A stretch of DNA of 64,000 bases from an uncultured Planctomycetota bacterium (lineage in GTDB: Bacteria > Planctomycetota > Planctomycetia > Gemmatales > Gemmataceae): assembly GCA_963849325.1 (NCBI GenBank), contig CAWKHF010000010.1, forward strand, positions 352,001 to 416,000. The letters run 5' to 3'. Shown piece after piece: positions 35,637 through 48,766 of the stretch. The position numbers were made by a program, and so were the translations under genes. Below the pieces are notes generated by a model. It was not told the origin of the DNA. It made no database searches and saw nothing but the letters and a program-made list of their open reading frames with translations. Numbering within the stretch: the stretch's first letter is position 1; every line of letters begins with the position of its first letter.

Positions 35637-37565
35637 CTACAGGCGGGATTTGATGAACTGAGCATTGCGGTGCGCCAGGGCCATGATGCTAATCATCGGA
35701 TTGACGCCGGTGGAAGTGGGCAGAGCGCTGCCGTCGGCGACGAAGAGGTTACGGACCTCCCATGTCTCGCCGTCTGGCTTCACCACGGCGCGGCACGAGT
35801 TGGCGCCCATCCGACAACTGCTCATCTGATGGGCGCTGAACAGCGACATGTCGTTCTTGCGCACGCCGATCTCGGCGAAGCGGCGCAGGTGCAGTTCCAT
35901 TCTGCCCTCGCCCGGCGCAAATTCGGGGAGATTGTTGTACGGCCCGCCGACGGTGTGTGCCCCGGCGGCGGCGTGGAGACGAACGGACTCCTGCGCGGCG
36001 CGAAGGACAAGGCGGGCATCGCAGGGCGATACGGTGTAGTCCACGACGGGATTGCCACGCTTATCGACGCGCACTCGTCCGCCGTCCCGGTCGCGCGTGA
36101 TGGCGATGAAGACGGCCAGGTGCGGCAGCTGGCGCATGAGGCGGGCGTGATCGTGGGCGTTACGCCAGGGCAAGCCGAGCGCCGCCACGCCGGCGTGGAC
36201 GGGAGGCACCTCGACGACAAAACCATAACCCCCTTCCAGGTCGGCGAACTGATCGCACGCCGCGGTCTGCATGGCGCCGCGCCAACCCTCGATGGGTTCG
36301 CGGTAAGCACCGAATACGGCTACCGTCGGATGTAGGTGCAAGTGTCGGCCAATGTTCGGGTTGGTCAGACCCGAACGCACGAGCAGGGCCGGCGTCTGGA
36401 TGCTGCCGCCGGCGGCCACCACGGCCCGACTGCGAACCGTCAGGCGTCGGTCCTGTACCGTCGCCTCGACGCCCGTCGCGGCACCGTTGCGGATGGTGAC
36501 GCGATCGACGTGACCGTTCGCAACCAGTATCGCGCCGTGCTCATGGGCGTCTTGCAGGTACGTCTTCAAGGTGCCTTGCTTGGCACCGAAACGACAGCCG
36601 AAGCCGCAGTAGCCGCAGTCTTGGCAATTCTTGGCGTTGCGCGGCAGTACGCGCCACGAATAACCGAGCTTCCGGCAGCCGTCGATGAGCCGCTGGTTCT
36701 GGGGATTATGCACGCCCTCGTCGGTGTTGACGTGGAGGCGCCGGCACACCGCATCGAGACTGGCCTGCCACTCGGCCCCGGCGGCCCCGGTGATCCCGCA
36801 CTTCTCTTGCCATTGACGCAGGACGGGATCGGGCGTTCGCAGGCTGGTCATCCAGTTGACGGTCGTGCCGCCGCCGAGATTGCTGCCGGCCAGGAGGACG
36901 ACCCCGGCGTCGCGCGTGGTCAGAATGCCGCGGTTCTCGAACAATCGCTGCATGCTCGATAGCTCGGCGCCGTCGAAGTCGGGTTCGTGGTAATAGCCGC
37001 CCTTTTCCAGCACGACGACACGCTGCCCCGCCGCCGCCAGCTCCGCGGCCACGACACCTCCACCCGCGCCCGAACCGATGACGACCACGTCCGCATCGAG
37101 CGTCGTATCGTCAGTCACCTGGAGCACGGATAAGGGCCGCGCTACGGAGGCCGTCTCGGGCTTCTGGGAGCCCGGATAACCGAGTTCGTCCCAGTGGGGA
37201 TTGCGCCCCGTGTGCGGATCGAGGAGCGAATAGCAGAGGAGCAGGGCGAGTCGCTTGAACGCCTGAAATCCGCCGCGCAGCAGACCCAGGCGACTGCCGG
37301 CCCATGCACGCAGGACGCGCTCGCGCCCCGCCGAGTCCAGGCCGGTCAAGCGCCTGAAACGGCCGGTGAGTAGACCATTGGCGAGCCGGCTGTCGAACAA
37401 CGACAGGGCCAGCCGAATGCTCCGCTGTTGCTCGGGACTCGCCACCTCCGTCAGCAGGGCGGCGAACTCGGAAGCGAGGCCAGCGCCCGTCCGGTCCTTC
37501 TCGCTGGAGGGAGCCAGCGTTCGGCAAACGGCTTCGAGAGTACGGAACTGGGCGTCCGAGAACAT
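35637..37565 (-). CDS. GMC oxidoreductase, long-chain alcohol oxidase-like
   Basis: IGSGAGG, GGGTTVNW, CGYCGFGC, SAHQMSSCRMG, GVNPM. Confidence 0.9.
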   Translation of the reverse strand: MFSDAQFRTLEAVCRTLAPSSEKDRTGAGLASEFAALLTEVASPEQQRSIRLALSLFDSRLANGLLTGRFRRLTGLDSAGRERVLRAWAGSRLGLLRGGFQAFKRLALLLCYSLLDPHTGRNPHWDELGYPGSQKPETASVARPLSVLQVTDDTTLDADVVVIGSGAGGGVVAAELAAAGQRVVVLEKGGYYHEPDFDGAELSSMQRLFENRGILTTRDAGVVLLAGSNLGGGTTVNWMTSLRTPDPVLRQWQEKCGITGAAGAEWQASLDAVCRRLHVNTDEGVHNPQNQRLIDGCRKLGYSWRVLPRNAKNCQDCGYCGFGCRFGAKQGTLKTYLQDAHEHGAILVANGHVDRVTIRNGAATGVEATVQDRRLTVRSRAVVAAGGSIQTPALLVRSGLTNPNIGRHLHLHPTVAVFGAYREPIEGWRGAMQTAACDQFADLEGGYGFVVEVPPVHAGVAALGLPWRNAHDHARLMRQLPHLAVFIAITRDRDGGRVRVDKRGNPVVDYTVSPCDARLVLRAAQESVRLHAAAGAHTVGGPYNNLPEFAPGEGRMELHLRRFAEIGVRKNDMSLFSAHQMSSCRMGANSCRAVVKPDGETWEVRNLFVADGSALPTSTGVNPMISIMALAHRNAQFIKSRL

Positions 37566-37573
37566 GGGAGTCC

Positions 37574-38017
37574 TCATCGCGAGAAAACAGCGGTCGTCGT
37601 CGCAGCCGGATCTTCGGGCGGCCTGTCCGCGAGGGCGATCCGCGGTTGTCGAGCCATCGCCTGAACGAGTACAGCCAGCGTGAGGCCCACGTAAAGGATC
37701 GTGAAGGCGACGAGATAACTCATCTGGCGCGGCAACGGGCGGTATTTCATCCAACGGATGACGAGATAGCCGGCGAAGGGGATGACCTGCAGAGCGTGGA
37801 TGCCGAGCATGTGGGCGATGCGCAGGTCGCCGGCCTTCGTGCTCCAGTTGACGAACGGCAGGCCCGAGCCGACGTCCGCCCGGCCGAGCGTGTGGGAACT
37901 GTAACAGGACAGCATCCCTCCTTGCAAGCTGCCCAGGATAAACACGATCAGGCCGAGGCGGATGCTCCACAGGTACACGCACGGTTTGGGTCTGCACCGC
38001 TCGAACCTGTATCGCAA
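37574..38017 (-). pseudogene. 5'-truncated membrane protein (GDLRIAH..HALQ family)
   Basis: Only the C-terminal ~135 aa are present; no convincing start. Confidence 0.6.
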
Positions 38018-38022
38018 GAAAC

Positions 38023-38400
38023 GTGTTGCTTCTGCCGATGGACCACGGCCTGTCCGTGCTGCTGGAAGATTTGAGCGTGCGCGGTCTGCTGGACCAGACG
38101 CTCGTCGTCTGGATGGGCGATAGGGGCCGTACCCCGCGCATCAACGCCGGCGCCGGTCGCGATCACTGGTCCTTCTGCTATTCCGTCGTCATGGCCGGAG
38201 GAGGAATTCGAGGCGGCCAGGTGTACGGCTCCTCGGATCGCAGCGCGGCGTATCCCTCCACCAACCCGATCCATCCGGCCGAGTTGGCCGCGACCATTTA
38301 CCACTGTCTCGGAATTGATCCTCGTTCGGAGATAACCGATCAGCAAGGTCGTCCTCTCGTCATCGGCACGGCCAAGCCCATCCGCGCGTTGATGGGATAG
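38023..38400 (+). pseudogene. C-terminal fragment of a DUF1501 protein
   Basis: LLEDL..RGLLDQTLVVWMG..GRTPRIN..GRDHW..AGGGIRGGQVYGSSD..TIYHCLGIDP; N-terminal portion absent. Confidence 0.85.
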
Positions 38401-38422
38401 GGCAAGAGGCTTCGTTCGCGCG

Positions 38423-39456
38423 TCACTTGCCGGCCGCCTTGTTCCGGCCCGGCTCCGCTTGTTCTCCCTCAGCCAGTCGTTCCAGAAGAGCAGCGAATAG
38501 GAAACGCGGCGTGGGTCCATCCGCCCAGTGTTTCATGATGCCGAAGCCACAGACGAGGAGTCGGCCTTTGCCCCCGTACTCCATTTCCAACCACGGCCAG
38601 CCTCCCTCTCCCCGAGCGACCTCCGCCGTCAGGGCACCATCCTCGATCCCCAGGCTCAACGAGCTGGCGACGACCTTGCCGTCCGCCGGCCAGGCGAGCG
38701 CATCAAGGCGCTTGTCGAGATGACGGATCACCGAGCGCCGCCGCAACGTCAGACTCTCCGGCCCCGCCTTGTCGGACTCTCCCATGCTCGGCAGGAAAAA
38801 CGTTCCCTCCGACGGAGCCAGACAGAGGATGGGCACGCCGCGGGCGGCGAGCAGAACCATGATTTTCGCCAGAGCAGCCTCCTCCTTGAACGAGACTCCC
38901 TCACCGATTAGCAGTACCCCTTTGCCCAGGCCCGCGAGGGCAGAGAGGTTGTTCTGCTCCTCGAAGGGAACGCCGACCTTCGCCAGCATCGGCGCCGTGG
39001 TGTGGGCCGGATCGAAGAGGGTGATTTCCCGCTCCTTGAGCCATTTGGCGCGGCCGGCGAACGGGTCTTCGGGAAAGATCCACAGCACGCGCTCCAGACG
39101 GGTGGTGACCTTCCCGTCGGCCCCGAGGACGTGGACAGCCAGCGCGGTGCGCAGCACAATGCCCTCGCGCACCGGCGGCGCGGTGAAACGGACAACCAAC
39201 TTCCCCGGCTTCTCCGGAGATGCGCGATGTCCGCCGTCCGCCGCACGAGCGTCGCCTGGTCGAGGGCGACGCCCCACACGGCCCGGCCCGCGAACGCCTG
39301 GTCCGCCTTGAGGGTGAAGTGCAGCTCCACCTCCCGGCCGGCGAAGAAGTTCGTCCAGCCTTGGACCGGCTCCAGCCGCACGGACGCTTCCGCGGCCACG
39401 GCGGGACACGCCGACATTGCGGCAAGTAGGACGATGACGACCTTGCGAGAGATCAT
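38423..39456 (-). CDS. Exported hypothetical protein; frameshift ~39220
   Basis: Signal peptide MISRKVVIVLLAAM..AVAA joined to ORF 38423-39409. Confidence 0.65.
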
Positions 39457-39478
39457 AACAGCACCAGCGGAGAGGGCC

Positions 39479-42400
39479 TCATTTCGGATCGTGCTCCGAT
39501 TTCTTTTCCGGCAGCGGGACCAGCCACAGGCCGAACGAATCGCCGACGAGGAGTCGGTGTTCGTCGAACGGTTGCAGACATTCACTGGGCTGGAAGAATT
39601 GCTGACCTGGCCGCAGCGAGGCGAGCAACTCCGGCGGCCCGCCCTTAAGCGCCCGGCGACTGAACGGTTTAGCGCCCCACAGCCAGCCGCCGGCCAGGGC
39701 GAATGGCGGCCTCGCGTTCCAGGTGTTGTCGGTCCACTGCCGGTAAGCGGGATTGTTCTTCACGGCAAAGACGGCGCTGCGGATCGGCCCAACGCGCAGA
39801 TGCAGCTTGCCCCCGTAGATCAGGTGCCCATCGTTTTCGTTCAGGTCGTAGTCGAAGACCCCCATGCGGGTCGGCATCCGCAGCAGGTCGCCCTCCAGGC
39901 GAGCGCTCGGTCCCAGCAGTTCGACGTCGGCGTTGTGCAGGATGAACAGTCGTTTGAAGGTCTGCTTCTCGACGTTGAAGGCCCACAGTCCGTTCAGTTC
40001 ATGCTGCCCCTGGGCGACAAACAAAATCTGCTTGCGCTCCGCGTCAGTGCGGAAAAAAGTGCAGAGCAGCGGTTTGTTGTCATCGAACGGCGAGCGTTTC
40101 TCCTTGCGGCGGCTGGAAGCCCGGACGTTGCACTGGCGCTGCGCAGGTCCCAGGCGATGAAGTAAGAATCCTTGCTGTCAAGGGTGTCTGGCTCGCCGAG
40201 ATAGGCGTAGAGCTTGCCCGCGAAGCAGTCCAATCCCTGGACGAAGTTGGAAGGCAGACCATCGGCCGTGGTGATCCGCTCCGCCGGGCCGCCGTCGAAG
40301 GGGAAGACGAAGATGCCGTAACCGCGTGTCCCCAGGTAGTAGCGATTCCGGTAGACACAGGCGGCGGTGCCGAAATACATACCCAGGCGGTATTGTTTCG
40401 CTCCTCCTTCCGTCCACGGCTTGTAGCGCAAGGACATCTGCACCCTCCGGCTCTCCCATCGGCCTCCCTGGCCGGGAGTCAGCCGTAGCAGCAGCACGGA
40501 ATACTGCGGGGGAGAACCGTGCATCTCAATCGCGGCCACGTTGACGGTCCCGTCGGCCACGACGGGCTGGTGGAGCACGACCAGCCCGTCCTTGTTCGGA
40601 TAGATGTCGATCAGCGGCTCCGCGCCCGGCAGGGACGTGAACAGATCGGCCGCGGCGGAGGGTTCGGCCTGAGCGATCTCGGCCTGCCCGCGGCGATACT
40701 CCTTGCGGTAGCTGTCGCGTTCGTGGCGCAGCATTGACGGCGAGGTCGCGTAGGTGAGGAAGCGCCCCTCCTTGCCGTCCACGATGGGCAAGGCCCGCCG
40801 CAGCACGTCATAGGCATAGCGGTAGCCCTCCGGCGTGCGCCGTGATAACGAATGGAACGCCATCCCCTGAACGATCGACGGGGCCAGTTCCTGGCGCCGG
40901 AGCATGAACTCCGTCAATCCCTTCAGTTCGTCGCCGTAACCTGGCCGGTTGACCAGTTGCTCAATGGCACGATAGGCGGCCAGGTAAAGGTTCAGGCGAA
41001 AGGTATCGGAAGTTTTGGGTGCCTTCGCCAGCTGCTCCTGGATGAACAAGCGATAGGCGTGGACCTTCGCCTGGCGCTGTTCATCGGTCAGCTTGTGAAA
41101 CGACAGCTCGGTGGAGACGACGCCCAGGCGGCCGTAGACGGCAACGATCGGGTCGGGGTGGGCGGCGATCTCCGACCAGAGCTTGTGCAAACGGGCCGCC
41201 TGTCCTTCGTCCAGTTGCGGCGGGTAGCGATAGTAGTACAGGACGCCCGAGAGCAATCCGCTCCCTCGGGTGTTCGCAGCGTCGGGATATTTCCGGGCCA
41301 GGGCTGCCCAGGGACGAAGAAGTTGCTGTGCCTCGATCCACCTGTCCCCCGGCTCCTTGTTCGTCAGGATCCAGAAGAAGGTGTGGTTCAGCTGCTCGGT
41401 ATAGTGCTCGAAGGACTTCCGGTCATGGACGCCGGCTTCCAGGCGCTGGAGAGGCATGACGTGTACGCGGCGGTTATTGTCCCGGATCGCCTCGATCACC
41501 GTGCGGGCGGCCGGAGAAACGCCTTCCCGCAGGGCACTGACTCGATTGAGGAACGTGAACAGCCGAGATTCCGCGACCGCCTTGTGAATGTTGCCGGACG
41601 GCGTCAACCGGGTATTCTCCAGCAGCGTTTCGACCTCGACCAGCCGATCCGAGCCTTGCCGCGCCAGGGACAGCGACCGCTCCAGGATGTCCGCCTCCAT
41701 CTTGAGAACGAAGCTTCCGACGCCGCGGCGTTCGCCGGGATCGAGCACTTCGTTGGCCGCGTCGATCAGGGCGCGGCCAACGGAGACGCGCAGCGAGGGA
41801 TCGTCGGGAGACAGGGCGAAGGCCGATTCGACCGCGGGCAGGGCGCGGATCGGATCCTTGTGCTCCCAGTAAAACTCGGCCTCACGCAGAAAGCGGGCCG
41901 CCTCGCGCTGGCGCTGCGGCTCGACCGAGGCGGTCTTGGCATGGAGTGCGCGGGCCGTCTCGCGGAGCAAGGCAGCACTTAGGGCGGCGGCGTCGTGCTC
42001 GCCGACCGAGGCCGTGGCCTTGCCCAGCGACTTGCCGCGGCCGTCCGACAAGAGCGCCGTGGCACGCAGGCCGTCCTTCTCCGAAGCTCGCCCCACCTCC
42101 AGTTCGAGAGTGACCACCGAGGCCAACATTTGTCGTAAGGGCGAGTTGGTCGGCAGATCGCGTTCGCGATTGACCTGGTTGAGCCGGCGTCGCTCCAGCA
42201 CGGCCAGGTCCGGCGAGGCGACAAGTTGTCGCTCCAGGAGCAGCCCCACGGAATCGCAGAACGCATCCATGTCACGCGGTAAATCGACGTTGCGGACGGT
42301 CAGCAAACAAACCGGACGGAGCTGCTTGACCGTTTGGCGTTTCTTTTGAGCGGCCGTGACGGCGGCCACCACTCCCTTTACCGTCGCGGCCAGTTCGCCC

Positions 42401-42813
42401 GCCGGCAGGGCGGCATCCCAGAGGCGAACGCCGGTGCGAGCGTCGAAGACCACCATCCCGCCGACCTTCTTCTGGCCGGCCTCGGCATCGAGGACCGCGA
42501 ACAGGTCCACGGTGAGCAGCTTGCCGACAGCCACCGCCTGATCGGCCGCGACCAGGCCCGACAGCGTGAGCTTGTGCTCGGCCAGTACCCGCTCGATGGC
42601 GGCGCGCTCCAGCACTTCCACGCCTGGCAGTTCGGTCAACTTCGCTTCCGCCAGCGTCTGGACCTTCACCAGTTCTTCGCCCTTGTCGGCGCTGACCAGG
42701 GCGATGCGGATGGAACCATTCTCCTTCGCATTGTCCCTCGCCTGTACCGGCATGACGGCAGCGAGAACTATCGGGAAGCTCCAGAGAAACCTATGCAAGA
42801 AGCGCATAACCAT
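39479..42813 (-). CDS. Large exported protein: CsgG/FlgO-like domains, TPR-like helices, beta-rich C-terminus; frameshifts ~40100
   Basis: EVLERAAIERVLAEHKLTLSG..AVAVGKLL; second copy LAVLERRRL. Confidence 0.7.
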
Positions 42814-42837
42814 TCCTGTCTCGTGGAGATGGGGGAG

Positions 42838-42938
42838 AAAGAGCCTCACGCAAAGGCGCAAAGGACGCAAAGAAAAAGTCCTTGCTTTCTCGTTTTTGTC
42901 TTTCTTTGCGTCCTTTGCGCCTTTGCGTGAGGCTCTTT
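42838..42938. repeat. Palindrome with CGCAAAG units
   Basis: GAGCCTCACGCAAAGGCGCAAAGGACGCAAAG...CTTTGCGTCCTTTGCGCCTTTGCGTGAGGCTC. Confidence 0.88.
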
Positions 42939-42951
42939 AACGCGGAGTCGC

Positions 42952-45210
42952 TCAGCGTTTGACCAGCTTGGGCAGAAGCCGGTGAGCAATGGCTTCGGAT
43001 GCCTGCTGCAAGGCCGCCTTGCCCGCCAGTTGCTCGGTCGTATCCACGACGAGGGCCGTCTGCCGCTCCACGGCGATGATTTTGCCGCTGACGCGATCCA
43101 CGGCCTTGACCTCCAGCCGGGCCTTGGCCGTCACCAAACCTTCGTGCCGCGACCCCGTCTCGCTCAGCCCCTCGCCGGTGATGAGGATTAGCGCCTGGCC
43201 CTTGGCCCCCTCCTCGGCGTCCACCACCACGAAGTCCATCGCCCGGGCCAGGTGGACCATCTCGGTCTGTGCCGCCGGGTCCGGTACTCGCCGCAAGGCC
43301 GCCGATTCCTTGATCTGCACCCACAGGGCCGGCCGTTTCTCCTTGCCCAGTTGCCGCCGTAGAGACGCCAGGCGATCTTCTTTCTTCTCCGGCCTGGGCA
43401 GCACCCCCTCGGGCGGATGAGCGAGCTTGTCAGCCACCTTTTCGGACAATTGCGTCACCAATGTCCCCAGTTCCCCGCTGGCGGGAGCATCCACGGACAG
43501 GCCAACGATGCGGCCGGTTTCGACGCTGACGAGCTTGGCGATGAGATAGCGGCGTTTGTCGGCTTGCAGGACCGAGCCAGACAGCAGCAGACGAGCGCCG
43601 GTAAGCTGGCCGACGCGCGGCGCCGACTCCTTGCGGACGGCGCCGGAGAGACCGAGTTCCAGTTCCTTGAGGGCTTTGCTCAGGTCGGCGCGGTCCACGA
43701 GAATGAGGTCGTCCTTGGCCGACAGCCGCGCGAAGAGCAAGTCGGTGACCTGCACGCCCAACTCCTTGACGCCGGCGCCGCGCTCTTCGAACGGCAGGAT
43801 CGCCAGAGGGACGGCCGCCGGCTGGGCCTGCTCGGGTTGGGCCAGGTCATCGTCTGCCGCGGCGAGCGCGGTCTTCTCGTTCCGACCCTCGGTCGGCTCG
43901 GCTGCGGCGTTGTCCTTGACTTGGCGGGCCACCGTTTGCGGAATGGGCTGTCCACGGCCGGCGAACTGCGCGGCCCAAGCAGTCAATCCTCCAATCACCA
44001 TCAGCAGCAGGGCCGCCGCCGCGAACCACCGTCGCCCGGAGGAGCGCCGGCGTGTGGAGGGAATTCGATTCGGTCCCCGCTCCAGCCAATCGATGACTTC
44101 TTGCGCCGTCTGACAGCGACGGTTTCGGTCCCTGGCGTGAAGCTTCTCGACAAGCGCGACGAGATATTCCGGCATGTCGGGGGCCAACTCTCGGAGAGAG
44201 GGGGGAGTGTCCTGGCAGACGGAGCGGAGGACGGACAGGCTGTTCTTGCCCTGGAAGGGAGGACGGCCGGCGGCCATGACGTACAGGACGCTGCCGAGGC
44301 TGAACAGATCACTGCGGGCATCGACGGGTTCGCCGCTCGCCTGCTCGGGAGCCATGTACTCGGGCGTGCCGACAACGGTGCCGTACTCGGTCAGCGGCCG
44401 CCGGTCGCCGATCACCTGCACCAGCCCGAAATCGAGCAGCTTCACCCGGCTGGCGCACCCCTCGGCCGGAGACTCCAGCCAGATGTTGCCCGGCTTGACA
44501 TCGCGGTGGACCAGGCCGCGCCGGTGTGCCGCCGATAGACCCTGGGCCACCTCGCGGCCGATGCGGCCGACTTCGTCCGCCGGCAATCGTCCCTCGCGGG
44601 CCAGGCGCGCAGCCAACGTCTCTCCCCGGAGCACGGGCATTGCCAAAAACGGTAGGCCGCGGTCCTCGTTCACTTCGTAGATCGGGACGATGTGATCGCT
44701 GGCGATGGCGGCGATGGCCCGAGCTTCTTGCAGGAAGCGCTGACGCGACGGAACGTCCTCGGCCAGGTTGGAGCGCAACACCTTCAGCGCCACCAGACGT
44801 TGCAAGCGCGTATCCTCGGCCAGGTAGACGACGCCCATGCCGCCCGAACCCAGCACCTGGAGCACGCGGTAAGAGCCGAGCCGGCCGATCTCATCCGCCT
44901 GTTGAGCGGGAGCGAGGAGGCGGACGCAACTTTCGACAGGAGCGGCGGGCGCCGGCGTAGTCGGACCTCCCAGTGCCTTGAGCCGCTCGATCAGCCCCTC
45001 GACGCGGATGGTTCGTAGAGGCGTGTCGCTTCGGGAGGCGTGCGCCGCCTCGACCAGTTCGTCGGAAGCGTCCAACCGATCGAGCGTGGCGACGCAGCCG
45101 GGACAGCCGAACAGGTGCTCCTCGATCGGACCAGCCTCGGCCTCGTCATCCTGCCCCAGAGAAAAGCGCTGTAAATCCCGCATGTCCGGACACGGTGTCG
45201 AGCGGTTCAT
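42952..45210 (-). CDS. Hanks-type Ser/Thr kinase with N-terminal zinc-binding anti-sigma motif, TM helix and CsgG-like extracytoplasmic region
   Basis: HLFGCPGC; LGSGGMG, VALK, HRDVKPGN, DFG, GTPEYMAPE; LAILPFEE..LVDRADL..VGQLTGA. Confidence 0.92.
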   Translation of the reverse strand: MNRSTPCPDMRDLQRFSLGQDDEAEAGPIEEHLFGCPGCVATLDRLDASDELVEAAHASRSDTPLRTIRVEGLIERLKALGGPTTPAPAAPVESCVRLLAPAQQADEIGRLGSYRVLQVLGSGGMGVVYLAEDTRLQRLVALKVLRSNLAEDVPSRQRFLQEARAIAAIASDHIVPIYEVNEDRGLPFLAMPVLRGETLAARLAREGRLPADEVGRIGREVAQGLSAAHRRGLVHRDVKPGNIWLESPAEGCASRVKLLDFGLVQVIGDRRPLTEYGTVVGTPEYMAPEQASGEPVDARSDLFSLGSVLYVMAAGRPPFQGKNSLSVLRSVCQDTPPSLRELAPDMPEYLVALVEKLHARDRNRRCQTAQEVIDWLERGPNRIPSTRRRSSGRRWFAAAALLLMVIGGLTAWAAQFAGRGQPIPQTVARQVKDNAAAEPTEGRNEKTALAAADDDLAQPEQAQPAAVPLAILPFEERGAGVKELGVQVTDLLFARLSAKDDLILVDRADLSKALKELELGLSGAVRKESAPRVGQLTGARLLLSGSVLQADKRRYLIAKLVSVETGRIVGLSVDAPASGELGTLVTQLSEKVADKLAHPPEGVLPRPEKKEDRLASLRRQLGKEKRPALWVQIKESAALRRVPDPAAQTEMVHLARAMDFVVVDAEEGAKGQALILITGEGLSETGSRHEGLVTAKARLEVKAVDRVSGKIIAVERQTALVVDTTEQLAGKAALQQASEAIAHRLLPKLVKR

Positions 45211-45342
45211 GAGATCGTCCTTTGCATGGAATCGAGCAGGTCGGAGCGGCCCCTCCCCGGAGGGACGCCTGCCTCGCCGGAGAAAGGTTACGCAGCCGGA
45301 GGAGAAACCTGACACGAGCGCGCCGATTTTTTTCCAGCCGAA

Positions 45343-45909
45343 TTAGCCGAGCAGCCCCGACAGCTCCTGGCGCAGCCGACGCAGCACGCGCGATTTGGCG
45401 GCATAGACAGCCTCCACGCTCAGTCCCAGCTCATTGGCGACGTCCGCGGCCGGCCGGCCCTCGACAACGCACTCCCAGCACGCTTTCCAGGTCGTCGGCT
45501 GAAATTCGCTCTGCATCAATTCCAGCGCTCGGCCGACGAGGTGTTGTCGGTATTCCCGCTCCCAGAAAGGATCTTCCGCACCCGGGTCCGGGAGGTCGGG
45601 CATCTCCTCCGAGGCGGCGCGAGCGGGATCAGCCGCCCGCCTCCGCCGAAAGTCGCGCCACTTGTTGTAGGTGATCGTCCGCAGCCAGGCGCGGAAGCTC
45701 TTGCCGCTTTCATAGTGAAACTCGGGCAGTTTCCGGATCAGGATAGTGAACACTTCCTGCACGAGATCGGCGGCGTCCGTCTCCTGCATGCCCAGCCGGC
45801 AAGTCCAATAATAGAGCAAGGGAGTATACAACTCCACAAAGCGCTCCCAGGCGGCGCGCTCCTCCAGACGCCGCACTCGTTCGAGCAGACTGATCGATGT
45901 GGTGTGCAT
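45343..45909 (-). CDS. ECF sigma factor (kinase-associated type)
   Basis: TSISLLER..AWERFVELY, DAADLVQEVF, SFRAWL, AKSRVLRRLR. Confidence 0.93.
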   Translation of the reverse strand: MHTTSISLLERVRRLEERAAWERFVELYTPLLYYWTCRLGMQETDAADLVQEVFTILIRKLPEFHYESGKSFRAWLRTITYNKWRDFRRRRAADPARAASEEMPDLPDPGAEDPFWEREYRQHLVGRALELMQSEFQPTTWKACWECVVEGRPAADVANELGLSVEAVYAAKSRVLRRLRQELSGLLG

Positions 45910-46269
45910 ACGGCAGCAGTTTACTCGGGGGTTTGATCGTCCGGCCTCTGATTGTCCCTGATTGTAGCACATCTCCCCATCCACTGTTATCCGTTGGAGT
46001 TTCGCTGGGCCGAGCAAAGGGGATGCGATCGTTCCCGGCCCGCTTGACATCCTTCAAGGGCCTGCGAATAATTCTCCATGCCTTATTTCCGTGAGAATGG
46101 TCCATCCCATCACGCCCCCATTCTCTTCCACGATTGCGATGCTGCAATCATCCCCTTCCCGAGCGGAGTTTCGATTCCGCGCCGCCGAGGGGAACTCAAA
46201 GTCAAGGACCTTTGATCCCATCCAAACGACTGACCGCATCCACTCGATACCGGCATAGAGGGAGCTTCG

Positions 46270-48253
<1,984 letters not shown>

Positions 48254-48381
48254 CTCCCACCGTCCCCGGTGGCGCCGCCTCGTCTTGTGGAGACGCCGGT
48301 TCGCGCACCTCCTGCTCGCCTCGTTTTGCAAGTCCAACTCTTCCCGACACTTCGGAGCCAATCCCTGCCCCGCTTCCTCAA

Positions 48382-48397
48382 CGGCACATCGATAGCA
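48382..48397 (+). promoter_or_regulatory. Candidate sigma54 -24/-12 promoter
   Basis: CGGCACATCGATAGCA = GG-N10-GC, ~34 nt before the STAS gene ATG. Confidence 0.55.
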
Positions 48398-48430
48398 GAA
48401 GCACCTCGGAGGTTTCGGGAGTCATTCGCC

Positions 48431-48718
48431 ATGCTCCGTCTCACGCGGATTGGGGAGGCCCACCTGGCCCAACGGATCAAGCTCGAAGGCAAGCTCCTCG
48501 GTCCCTGGGTCGAAGAAGTGCGCCAGGCCTGTCTGGGTTGCACGGTCTCCTTCCGCCGTACAAGTCTCGATCTCTCTACCGTCACGTTCGTGGACGCCGC
48601 GGGAGAAAGACTGCTCCGCGATCTGATCGGACAGGGCATCAAGGTCAGCGCTTGCTCGGCCTATGTCGCGGAGCTATTGCGAAATGGAGCTGGGGGACGG
48701 CCACCCGCTCGGGCATGA
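48431..48718 (+). CDS. Small STAS-like protein
   Basis: IKLEGKLLGPWVEEV..LDLSTVTFVDAAGERLL. Confidence 0.75.
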   Translation: MLRLTRIGEAHLAQRIKLEGKLLGPWVEEVRQACLGCTVSFRRTSLDLSTVTFVDAAGERLLRDLIGQGIKVSACSAYVAELLRNGAGGRPPARA

Positions 48719-48766
48719 CTCCTCGACGGGAGCGGCGGAGAACGACGGTCTTCGGGAGAACAGCTC

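Noticed and set aside
35637-38144. 835-aa extended GMC oxidoreductase
   Set aside because: The N-terminal ~190 aa overlap two other gene fragments; the plausible start is 37565 or 37577
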